Below the pieces are notes generated by a model that did not search any database, was not told where the DNA came from, and worked only from the letters and a program-made list of their open reading frames with translations. Positions 45,347 through 53,970 of a stretch of DNA of 64,000 nucleotides are shown one piece after another (position 1 is the stretch's first letter; each line of letters begins with the position of its first letter). The DNA is from an uncultured Actinomycetes bacterium (lineage in GTDB: Bacteria; Actinomycetota; Thermoleophilia; RBG-16-64-13): NCBI GenBank assembly GCA_963841735.1, contig CAWJDT010000001.1:192001-256000 (forward strand), read 5' to 3'. Made by a program: the position numbers and the translations under genes.

Positions 45347-47586
45347 TCAAGGGCAAGATCCCCAGCGAAACCACGGGCATCGAGGTGCGCAAGTCCATCT
45401 GTACCATCTGCGACCCCAATACCCAGTGCGGCCTCGACTGCTACGTCAAGGACGGCCGCATCATCAAAGTGGAGGGTTCGCTGGAGAACCCGCATAGTGC
45501 GGGCACGCTCTGCTCGAAAGGGGCGGCTCAGCGCCAGTGGGTCTATCACGAAGAACGGCTGCGCACACCGCTGAAGCGCGTCGGACCGCGGGGCTCGGGA
45601 GAGATGGTGCCCATCTCCTGGACCGAAGCACTGGACACCGTCACCGAGAGCCTGCAGCGACTCAAGGCCGAGAGCGGACCAGAGTCTGTGGTCTTCTACT
45701 GCGGATACCCGAAGCAGCCCAGGCCATTCCTGCAACGGCTCGCCCTTCAGTTCGGGTCGCCCAACTACTGCACTGAGTCGAGCACCTGCTTCTCCTCTTT
45801 GGTGATGGCCTGGCGCCTCGACTACGGACAGATGGGCGGGCCCGACCTGGCCAACGCCAAGTGCGCGCTGGTGTGGACGGGTAACCCCTTGCACAGCAAC
45901 ACCACCATGGGCCGCAGGCTGATGGACGCCCGCGACCGCGGCGTGAAGTTCATCTTGATCGACCCGCGGCTCTCGCCCATGGCCGGCATCGCCGACCTGC
46001 ACCTACGCCTGCGGCCGGGCACCGACGGAGCGCTGGCCCTCGCCATGGCCCACGTCATCATCTCCGAGGGACTCTACGATACGCAGTTCGTCGGCGAATG
46101 GACCCGCGGCTTCGACGAGTTCCGTGCCTACGCGGCCCAGTTCACTCTCGACCGGGCGGAGCGCATCACCGGCGTTCCCGCAGGTCTGATACACGACGCC
46201 GCGCTCCTCTACGCAACCAGCAAGCCGGCTGCCATGCTCGGAAGCGCCGCCGCGGTGGTGCACAACACCAACGGACTGCAGAACCAGCGGGCAATCGCCG
46301 CCCTGGTCGGGCTCACCGGCAACTTCGACGTGCCGGGCGGCAACGTCGTGCAGCCCCCCGCCTGGCTGGAGGGCAGCCCCGCCGGCTTCGTCACCCGTCA
46401 GCACGAGTTCGAGATGCCCCGTCAATGGAGCGAGCTGCCCCCTCGCATTGGCGCCGCACTCTTCCCGGTGTGGGCGGAGATGAAGAACGAGGGGCAAGCA
46501 ATGGATCTCCCCCGGCAGCTTCAGACCGGCGAGCCTTATGCCCTCCGGGGAATGGTGGCCTTTGGCCTGAACCACCGCATGTGGCCGAATCCGAAGGGCC
46601 TGCTGAGCGCCCTGGACAAGCTGGACTTCATTTGCGACGTCGACCTCTTCCTGACCGACACTGCCAAGTACGCCGACATCGTCCTGCCGGCCTGCGGCTC
46701 GGTCGAGCGGAGTGAGATGCGCGCCTACCCGGAGCAGTACGTCATCCTCACTCAGCCGGTCATCGACCCGGTGGGCGAGTCGCGCTCCGACACCGACATC
46801 ATCTTCGGGCTCGCTTCCAAGCTGGGGCTGGACGATGTGCTCCTCAACCCGGCCGGGTCGGCGGGCGGAGCCGGCGGCACGCAGGCCCCCGGCCGCGGCT
46901 TCCTCCCCAACGGCGCCCCGGACTTCAGCCGCGCGTTCGAGGACGTGCTCGACTGGGTGTTAGAGCCCAGCGGCATGAAGGTAGCGGAGCTCAAGAAGCA
47001 TCCAGCGGGTATGCCGGTGCCGCACCCCCTGCCGCCAGCGTTCAAGAAGTATGAGAAGAAAGGGTTCCCCACTCCCAGCGGCAAGATGGAGTTCACCTCG
47101 TCGCTTCTGGAGAAGTACTCGGATCGCCCAGGTATCGCCGCGCTCCCCGTGTACGAAGAGCCTACCCTCAGCCCGGTGTCGACCCCCGAGATAGCCAAGG
47201 AGTACCCGCTCGTTCTGGGCACCGGCACGCGCCTGCCCATGTTCATCCACTCGCGTACGTTCCGGCTCCCCTGGACCCGCAGCCTGCGCCGCGAGGCCGC
47301 AGCCGACATCAACCCGGTGGATGCCCGCCGCCTGAGCATCGTCCAGGGCGACCGCATCGAGCTCTCGACGCCGGCCGGCTCCATCGAGGTGCTCGCAAAC
47401 GTGACCGAACTCGCCCATCCGGGGACGGTGCACATGTTCCACGACTACCCCGAGGCCGACGCGAACACCTTGCTCTCAAGCGACTACCTCGACCCCATCT
47501 CAGGCTTTCCCGGGTACAACGCTTCGCTCTGCGCGATCAAGAAGGTGGCGCCTCGCGCCGCCGAACACGGTGAGGTGACGCCATGA
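45343..47586 (+). CDS. Cytoplasmic Mo/W-bisPGD oxidoreductase with [4Fe-4S] and Cys ligand
   Basis: CTICDPNTQC...LCSKG, ESSTC, LRPGTDGALA, ADIVLPAC; ATGA overlap at 45343 (alternative GTG at 45325); no TAT signal. Confidence 0.88.
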   Translation: MIKGKIPSETTGIEVRKSICTICDPNTQCGLDCYVKDGRIIKVEGSLENPHSAGTLCSKGAAQRQWVYHEERLRTPLKRVGPRGSGEMVPISWTEALDTVTESLQRLKAESGPESVVFYCGYPKQPRPFLQRLALQFGSPNYCTESSTCFSSLVMAWRLDYGQMGGPDLANAKCALVWTGNPLHSNTTMGRRLMDARDRGVKFILIDPRLSPMAGIADLHLRLRPGTDGALALAMAHVIISEGLYDTQFVGEWTRGFDEFRAYAAQFTLDRAERITGVPAGLIHDAALLYATSKPAAMLGSAAAVVHNTNGLQNQRAIAALVGLTGNFDVPGGNVVQPPAWLEGSPAGFVTRQHEFEMPRQWSELPPRIGAALFPVWAEMKNEGQAMDLPRQLQTGEPYALRGMVAFGLNHRMWPNPKGLLSALDKLDFICDVDLFLTDTAKYADIVLPACGSVERSEMRAYPEQYVILTQPVIDPVGESRSDTDIIFGLASKLGLDDVLLNPAGSAGGAGGTQAPGRGFLPNGAPDFSRAFEDVLDWVLEPSGMKVAELKKHPAGMPVPHPLPPAFKKYEKKGFPTPSGKMEFTSSLLEKYSDRPGIAALPVYEEPTLSPVSTPEIAKEYPLVLGTGTRLPMFIHSRTFRLPWTRSLRREAAADINPVDARRLSIVQGDRIELSTPAGSIEVLANVTELAHPGTVHMFHDYPEADANTLLSSDYLDPISGFPGYNASLCAIKKVAPRAAEHGEVTP

Positions 47587-48086
47587 CCCACGCTTTCTAC
47601 CTGGATGTCGACCGCTGCACCGGTTGTTTCGCCTGCGCCGTGGCCTGCATGGACCAGAACGACTTGGAGGTCGGGCCCGAGCCCACTGCCTGGCGACAGG
47701 TCTTCAAGGTGGAGACCGGCACCGACTCCGAGGCGCGACTTCGGTACATCTCCCTGGCCTGCATGCACTGCGAAGACGCACCTTGCCTCATGGCCTGCCC
47801 CAGCGGCGCGATCGCACGTGAGCCGGGCACGCGAGTGGTCAAGGTCAGCGCCGAGCTGTGCATCGGTTGCCACAGCTGCTCCATCGCCTGCCCCTTCGGG
47901 GTACCCCGCTTCGGCAAGGACGGCACCATGCAGAAGTGCGACCTCTGCAGCGTCAGGTTGGAGAACGGTCTCGAACCAGCGTGCGTGCGGGTCTGCCCCA
48001 CCAAGGCGCTACGCCAGGGCGACCCGAACGCTCTGAGCATGGATGTGGAGAAGAAAGCCGCGGCGCGCCTGGCTACAAGCTCCTGA
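47583..48086 (+). CDS. DmsB-like four-cluster Fe-S protein
   Basis: CTGCFACAVAC, CMHCEDAPCLMACP, CIGCHSCSIACP, CDLC...PACVRVCP. Confidence 0.9.
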   Translation: MTHAFYLDVDRCTGCFACAVACMDQNDLEVGPEPTAWRQVFKVETGTDSEARLRYISLACMHCEDAPCLMACPSGAIAREPGTRVVKVSAELCIGCHSCSIACPFGVPRFGKDGTMQKCDLCSVRLENGLEPACVRVCPTKALRQGDPNALSMDVEKKAAARLATSS

Positions 48087-48142
48087 GGGGAGAGGACCCG
48101 GGCGCGCCTCGCGGGCGGCCGGGTCCCGGCGGAAGAGGTCTC

Positions 48143-48586
48143 TCAGTCCCTGGAAACCACTCCCACCACCTCGATCTCGATCAAGTACTCGGGCTTCCCC
48201 AGTTGGACGATCATGACCGTGCTCGCCGGCGGGTCATCTACCAACAGGGACGCGTGCTTCTGGTAATACTCGAGCTCGGTCTTACGCATCTTCGGATAAT
48301 CCTCGCGCCTCTTGAGAAGAATCAAGGTCTTGATCACATTGTTCATGGAGCTACCTGCCTGCTCCATGCACCCGCGCACCTTGTCGAGAGCGACGAGCAT
48401 CTGCTCCTCGAACACTCCGGTCTCCACCTGCATGGTCTCGTCGTTCTGCCCCTGGCATCCTGAGACAAATACCAGGTTGCCGGCCACCACGGAGGCGGAG
48501 AACTTCCCGGCCTCGGGCGGGAAGTTGGGGTGCGCCAGCTTCTTGCCCCCCCAGTAGGCCGGCTGGAACTTGACGGTCTCACTCAT
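48143..48586 (-). CDS. RidA/YjgF family protein
   Basis: GNLVFVSGCQG, PPASTV, LIEIEVV; ATG at 48586 after AAGGAGG. Confidence 0.88.
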   Translation of the reverse strand: MSETVKFQPAYWGGKKLAHPNFPPEAGKFSASVVAGNLVFVSGCQGQNDETMQVETGVFEEQMLVALDKVRGCMEQAGSSMNNVIKTLILLKRREDYPKMRKTELEYYQKHASLLVDDPPASTVMIVQLGKPEYLIEIEVVGVVSRD

Positions 48587-48615
48587 CGGATCCTCCTTGC
48601 GCAGCCCACCAGAGC

Positions 48616-50046
48616 TCATTTCCCTTCGCCGGACGATCTCGAGAAACCGGTGACATCCCCGACCCAGGCGATGAATCCCTCCGCATCCTGGTCGATGCAA
48701 TGCGCCGCATCCCAGAAGAACCAGGTATCCACTTGCTTGCCCCGGTTCTCCAGACCGGCAGACAGGTTGGCGACGGCCGTCTGCGATATGCCGCTCTCGC
48801 CCGTGCCACGCCGAAGCCACCAGTGACCGGCACAGCCGGGGTTGTTCTGTAGGATGAAGTACAGAGGATTCATCAGGTTCACCAAAATCTCGACGCCGGC
48901 GTCGAGATCGGCGCTCTCGATACCGGTGGTCTTCCGGAGACTGAAGTCGGTGAAATGCCTGGCCTCGGTGGTCTTGTCGCCGAAGAGAGAGGGCTCGGCT
49001 ACTTCCAGATCGAAGTCGTCGAAGGCAGGGATGCCTTTAAACCTGCCCGCGTGCGCGACATAGTCCGCAAAGGAGAAGACGGCGCGCCCGCCGTCCCACT
49101 GGATCCACCTGTTGTGTGCCAGATACTCGTTCCGTTCGCCATCCGCCAAAGCGTCGAGGTACTTTGTCGCCGAAGGGAGCAGGTAGTAACGCATGAGGTA
49201 CTCGGCGTAGTTCTCCGCGGTGAGGAGCCCGAACCCGTCTCTTCCTTGAAGGCCCAGAGTCGCCTGATACTCCGCGAACAAGGCTTTGAGCTCTCCTGAC
49301 AGCTCCTGGTCCACCTGCTTGCCGGTCTGGTTGCGAGGCACCTGGCCGTGCATCCACTCGTAGGCCATATCGGCGTGATCCAGGTCTGTGATGGGGGAGT
49401 AGCAGCCGGCCGCGTAGATGCTGTCGTCGGCGTCGGCAGCGCCGATCTCCTCTAGATACGGGTCATACAAGGGGCTGTTCCCGGAGGCACCCAGGAGTGC
49501 GGACAGCCCGCCGCCTGCGCTACAACCGGTCGAGACGATCCGCTCGACGTTCCCCGGCAAAACGCCCTGGTTATGACGAATATAGCGGACGGCCGCCTTC
49601 AGATCCACGATAGCTGCGGGGGCTTTGCCGTAGTAGGTGCCGTCGGGAGCCTGGTTGTCCCGACCGCGGGCGCCAGGCGACACCACCACATACCCCGCGG
49701 CCAGCGCCAGCTCCGCGTGGCGGCTGCCCACGGTGCCCTCACCGTTAGGCCCGCGCAGTTCTCCCCGCAGGTTGTTGGCCGACATATACCCGCCGATCGC
49801 ATTGGCGAGAAGAATAGGCGCGCTGGTAGCATCCACGGCAACGCCATCGACCTCAAGGGGCACGCTGACGTTCAGGCTCTGATACTCCTTGTCCACCGAA
49901 TAGGCTACGTAGCAGAGATGCGCGTACGAGCGGTAGGTGACTTCCTTCTCGCCCATGGAGGTCGCCACCTTCATCGTCACTACGGCGAAGTCGTCCACGG
50001 GGAACAGCAAAGTATCGCTGGATCGCTCTGTTGCTTTGCCTTGCAC
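48616..50046 (-). CDS. Subtype-B tannase-like alpha/beta hydrolase (no signal peptide)
   Basis: GGYM, GARGR, GKAPAAIVDLKAAVRY, GCSAGG nucleophile elbow, PITDLDHADMAYEW, PAFD, LMNP, C-terminal His. Confidence 0.82.
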   Translation of the reverse strand: MQGKATERSSDTLLFPVDDFAVVTMKVATSMGEKEVTYRSYAHLCYVAYSVDKEYQSLNVSVPLEVDGVAVDATSAPILLANAIGGYMSANNLRGELRGPNGEGTVGSRHAELALAAGYVVVSPGARGRDNQAPDGTYYGKAPAAIVDLKAAVRYIRHNQGVLPGNVERIVSTGCSAGGGLSALLGASGNSPLYDPYLEEIGAADADDSIYAAGCYSPITDLDHADMAYEWMHGQVPRNQTGKQVDQELSGELKALFAEYQATLGLQGRDGFGLLTAENYAEYLMRYYLLPSATKYLDALADGERNEYLAHNRWIQWDGGRAVFSFADYVAHAGRFKGIPAFDDFDLEVAEPSLFGDKTTEARHFTDFSLRKTTGIESADLDAGVEILVNLMNPLYFILQNNPGCAGHWWLRRGTGESGISQTAVANLSAGLENRGKQVDTWFFWDAAHCIDQDAEGFIAWVGDVTGFSRSSGEGK

Positions 50047-50108
50047 CGCTGGGCCCCTCTCTCGCTAGTCTGCAACCGACGCAATGCGCCGTCGCGCTCG
50101 TATTCCCA

Positions 50109-51734
50109 CTATCTCCAAGGCATCAGAGGCATGACCTTCTTATCGGGCGAGACAAAGATGGCCTTCTGGGGGCAATCTCGCTCGCAGTACAGACAGAGCA
50201 TGCAGTCGTCGACGTAGCTGAGTATGGCTCTGCTACCGCACGTCATGCAGCGCTGGACCTCAAGATTCGCTGTGTCTTCGTCAAAGCCCAGCTTGACCTC
50301 TCTGAAGTCTCCGACTCGCTCAACCGCGGGGACCATTGAGGGGTAGTTACGCGCCACCGGTTCGATGCCCTCCATAGGTGGCTTCTTGACCCTCTTGGGA
50401 AGTAGATATCTCCCATCTTTGAGGTCAAGCCCCCTGAGGTGGCGGTCGATCGAGACTGAAGCCCTCTTGCCCGCGGCTATCGCCTCGACCACAGACGCCG
50501 GCCCTGAGACCACGTCCCCGCCGGCAAATATGCCGGGACATGTCGTCTCCAAGGTGATCGGGTCGGCCTGGATGGTGCCGCCTCGACTGATCTTCAGCTC
50601 CGCGGGCAACAACGACACATCGGCAGCCTGGCCGATGGCCAGGATTACCATATCGGCAGCGACCGTCTTGGTAACCGTCTCATCGTAGGAGGGGCAGAAC
50701 TGTTCTCGTTGGTCGTAAACACACGTGCAGCGCACCAGTTCAACGCCTGCTACCTGCCCGTCGGCCCCCAGGATCTTCCGCGGTCCCCAACCGTCGTTGA
50801 TGAGGACACCTTCCTCAACGGCCTGGTCGATCTCCTCCCGGAAGGCCGGCATCGTTCCCTCTGTCTCCAGGCAGGCAAGCTCGACGTTCTCGGCCCCCAA
50901 GCGCAGCGCGGTCAAGGCCACATCGACAGCGACGTTGCCGCCGCCGATGACCACCACTCTGCCCTTGACCTCGGTCAGTTTCCCCAGGTTGACCCCGGCC
51001 AAGAAGTCCAGGCCCCAAGAGATGCCTTCCAGTCCGACACCGTCGATCTCCACCCGGCGGCTCAGCTGATTGCCCGCGGCATAGAAAACGGCTGGGTACT
51101 CCTTTTGGATCTCCTCGAGAGTGAGGTCCTTCCCAACGACGATCCCGGCCCTGAACTCCACCCCCATATCCGCGATGTAGCTGAGTTGGGCGTCGAGCAC
51201 ATCGCGCGCCAGCCTGTATTCCGGTATGCCCAGCCGCAACATGCCACCCAGCACCGGCCTCGCCTCGAAGACCGTCACCGAGTAACCCATACGGGAGAGG
51301 AAATAGGCGCATGCCAACCCCGCAGGTCCGGAGCCCACCACCGCCACCTTGGCGGCATAGATCTTCAGAGCGGGTTCGGCCTTCTCGCTCAACCAGAAAT
51401 CGGCGACAAACCGCTCGAGAGCATTGATGTTGACGGCTTCGTCCACTTCCTTGCGCGCGCACTCGGACTCGCAGGGATGAGGACATACCCGGCCGGTGAT
51501 CGCGGGGAGAGGCAGAGAATCTCTAAGAACGTCGATGGCCTCCGCGATCATCCCGTTCTTGAGCAGGTACATATAGCCCCGAATATCCACCCCGGCAGGA
51601 CAGGCTTTCCGGCAGGGGGGAGACTCCTCCTTGTCGGCAACGACGGTGTCCAGCCGGATGACATCAAGCGGGCAAGTAGTCACGCAGATCCCGCAGCCGT
51701 TGCATAGCTCGCCATCGACCCTTTCAACGGACAT
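50109..51734 (-). CDS. GltD/NfnB-like FAD/NAD(P) oxidoreductase inserted into a 2[4Fe-4S] ferredoxin
   Basis: N-terminal CNGCGICVTTCP; PCRKACP, GRVCPHPCESEC, GSGPAG, GGGNVA, FAGGD; C-terminal RCMTC and CMLCLYCERDCP. Confidence 0.88.
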   Translation of the reverse strand: MSVERVDGELCNGCGICVTTCPLDVIRLDTVVADKEESPPCRKACPAGVDIRGYMYLLKNGMIAEAIDVLRDSLPLPAITGRVCPHPCESECARKEVDEAVNINALERFVADFWLSEKAEPALKIYAAKVAVVGSGPAGLACAYFLSRMGYSVTVFEARPVLGGMLRLGIPEYRLARDVLDAQLSYIADMGVEFRAGIVVGKDLTLEEIQKEYPAVFYAAGNQLSRRVEIDGVGLEGISWGLDFLAGVNLGKLTEVKGRVVVIGGGNVAVDVALTALRLGAENVELACLETEGTMPAFREEIDQAVEEGVLINDGWGPRKILGADGQVAGVELVRCTCVYDQREQFCPSYDETVTKTVAADMVILAIGQAADVSLLPAELKISRGGTIQADPITLETTCPGIFAGGDVVSGPASVVEAIAAGKRASVSIDRHLRGLDLKDGRYLLPKRVKKPPMEGIEPVARNYPSMVPAVERVGDFREVKLGFDEDTANLEVQRCMTCGSRAILSYVDDCMLCLYCERDCPQKAIFVSPDKKVMPLMPWR

Positions 51735-53541
51735 GGTCGTCACCTCCCGAAGGAGCCTGGCAATCTTCCATGGGAAGCAGCGCGCCGTACCTTTCCTCAT
51801 AGGGTTTGGTGAGGTCCGGCCACCACTCTTGCGGTACCGGGTCCTTGTAGAGCTTCATCTCGCCCTGCTCGTCCTTGAGCATCACCCAAGCCAGCCAGTC
51901 CGGGTCATGCCGGCGAGGAAAGTCCTCCCTGAAGTGATCGCCCCGGCTCTCGGTGCGGAAGAGGGACGCTCTAATCTTCATCTCGGCAACCAGAGCCATG
52001 TTGCGGGTCTCCTGGACCAGGCGCAGTTCATGGATGTCTTGCGCCATCATCTTGGGCACCAGATGGCGGTTGACGAACTCAGCGATGGCCAAGGCCGCCC
52101 GCAGCCGGTCCTCGTGCTTCACCAAAAGGTAGAAATAGGGCACGGTGATACTGCGGATCACATCGGTGACCCAGGCCGGGCCAAAGCCGCCCTTGCGCTC
52201 CAGAGGAGCGCAGACCACGTCCATCGCCCGCTTGATCTCGGTCTCGTCCAGGTCTCCACCCGCGATGTTCGAGGCGCGCTCGGCAGCGGCCAGTCCTGCC
52301 CGGTTGCCCGTGACCATGGCGTGGTTCATGGCGAATCCCATGCCCGCGTACATGGCACCAGAGCCCCTGGTGGCACAGGCGTTGCCCGCTGCGTAAAGGC
52401 CGGGCACCGCCGTAGAGCAATCGGTATCGATCGGCGCGATGCCCGACCCCGTATAGAGTGGACGCGCCAGCGCCCCCGAGGGGGGCCACTTGATCATGCC
52501 GCCCCGGAACACATCCAGACCGATCTTGTCCGCCTGCGCCCAGGCGACCTCGATCCTCTTGAAGTACTCATCAAGCCATTCCCGCTTCTTCGGAGTCATG
52601 TCCCCCGGGTCGAAATAGAGAGGAGCCCGGCCGCCGTGGGCCTCCCACGCTGCGGTTATCACCGGACCGCCCTCGGCATTCAGCGTCGGCCGGCTGTACC
52701 AGCCCGAGAAGCCGCCGCCGATGGCATAAGGATTGAGGTACGAGTCCTCGACGACCTCGCCTGGGAAATCCTCGCCCCCGCCGCTGTTCTCCCGCTGTCG
52801 CTTGATCTCGAACCTGCTGCGGGTCACGCCGCCCGCGAACTCCTTGCCTGTCACCTCGGCGCCGGCCCGGTAGGCCATGGCTTCCCCGTCGCCGGTCCAG
52901 TAATGGGTGGGATACGTTTCACTCTTGAGGTTGGCCGAGCCGGTAGCTATCACCGTCGCGCCGGCACGGACGACATATCGCCGGCCCCCACGCACATGGA
53001 ACCCTACCGCTCCCGCCGCGGCTCCGTCCTGCTTGAGCAGCTCGACCATCATGACGTTGTCCAGGATCCTCACGCCGCTCTCGAGGACCTTCCTCCGGAG
53101 GGTCGGCGCGTACTTCCTGGACACCATGGTTATGTCCTCATACGCACTCGGTGGCGCGCCAACCGAACTTGTGTCGAACCTATAGAGTTGCCCGTTCTTC
53201 TCGTGGAACTGGACCCCCCAGCTGACGAGATCGTTGTATCGGTCTTCTGCCTCGCACAGGCAGATCTCGTCCCACTCACGGTTGTTCAGATACTCACAGC
53301 GTTTGCTGATGATATCCAGCCACTCCTGCAGCTTATGACCCCTCGACTCTCTGAAGAAGACGATGTCTCCCTCGGCGTAATGAGTGGACCCTGCCTTGCC
53401 GACGAACGCCTTGTCGGTCAGGGTCACGTCCAGACCCCTCTCTCGGGCCTTGATGGCAGCGAACATGCCGGCCATACCCCCACCGATGACCAGGACATCG
53501 GTCGTGATATGCCTCTCGGTACCCTTATCAGTCATGCCCAT
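51724..53541 (-). CDS. AprA/SdhA-family flavoprotein (copy 2)
   Basis: DVLVIGGGMAG, TGDGEAMAYRAGA, VPGLYAAG, RTESRGDHFREDFP. Confidence 0.85.
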   Translation of the reverse strand: MGMTDKGTERHITTDVLVIGGGMAGMFAAIKARERGLDVTLTDKAFVGKAGSTHYAEGDIVFFRESRGHKLQEWLDIISKRCEYLNNREWDEICLCEAEDRYNDLVSWGVQFHEKNGQLYRFDTSSVGAPPSAYEDITMVSRKYAPTLRRKVLESGVRILDNVMMVELLKQDGAAAGAVGFHVRGGRRYVVRAGATVIATGSANLKSETYPTHYWTGDGEAMAYRAGAEVTGKEFAGGVTRSRFEIKRQRENSGGGEDFPGEVVEDSYLNPYAIGGGFSGWYSRPTLNAEGGPVITAAWEAHGGRAPLYFDPGDMTPKKREWLDEYFKRIEVAWAQADKIGLDVFRGGMIKWPPSGALARPLYTGSGIAPIDTDCSTAVPGLYAAGNACATRGSGAMYAGMGFAMNHAMVTGNRAGLAAAERASNIAGGDLDETEIKRAMDVVCAPLERKGGFGPAWVTDVIRSITVPYFYLLVKHEDRLRAALAIAEFVNRHLVPKMMAQDIHELRLVQETRNMALVAEMKIRASLFRTESRGDHFREDFPRRHDPDWLAWVMLKDEQGEMKLYKDPVPQEWWPDLTKPYEERYGALLPMEDCQAPSGGDDHVR

Positions 53542-53556
53542 GCCTTTCTGGCTCCC

Positions 53557-53937
53557 CTACAAGTCCTCGACGTCTTCGGTTCTGGGAGGCTCGTACCCGA
53601 CCGGCGGACGGGTATTGGGGGGCGGCGGGTTCTTCATCCCTATCCGGAAGTACTCCCCGGTGTCTTTCCTCTTCCAGCCCATCCTCTGATGCAGGGGGAA
53701 TTCCACTCTGATCGCTCCCGGAACCGGGCAGTGCTCGACGCAGCAGCCGCAGAACCAGCACTCATCCGGGTACAGGACCACCGGTGGTCCGCTTTTTTTT
53801 CCGTTGGGAACCATCACATCCGAGTGGCATACGTTGACGCATCTGTTGCAGCCCTTGCAGAGTCCCTCGTCGATTGCGAGGGCCTGATTGGGTGTCATCG
53901 GGTTGGGCACCATATACGCTTTGCTGTACATCTCCAT
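53557..53937 (-). CDS. AprB-like 2[4Fe-4S] ferredoxin
   Basis: CKGCNRCVNVC, YPDECWFCGCCVEHCP, C-terminal tail. Confidence 0.85.
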   Translation of the reverse strand: MEMYSKAYMVPNPMTPNQALAIDEGLCKGCNRCVNVCHSDVMVPNGKKSGPPVVLYPDECWFCGCCVEHCPVPGAIRVEFPLHQRMGWKRKDTGEYFRIGMKNPPPPNTRPPVGYEPPRTEDVEDL

Positions 53938-53970
53938 AGCTCCCTATGAGTCGGCCGGCGCGGGCCCGGT

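Noticed and set aside
12906-47586. Selenocysteine or TAT-exported respiratory DMSO/TMAO reductases
   Set aside because: No in-frame TGA at ligand positions, no twin-arginine leaders and no membrane anchor genes.
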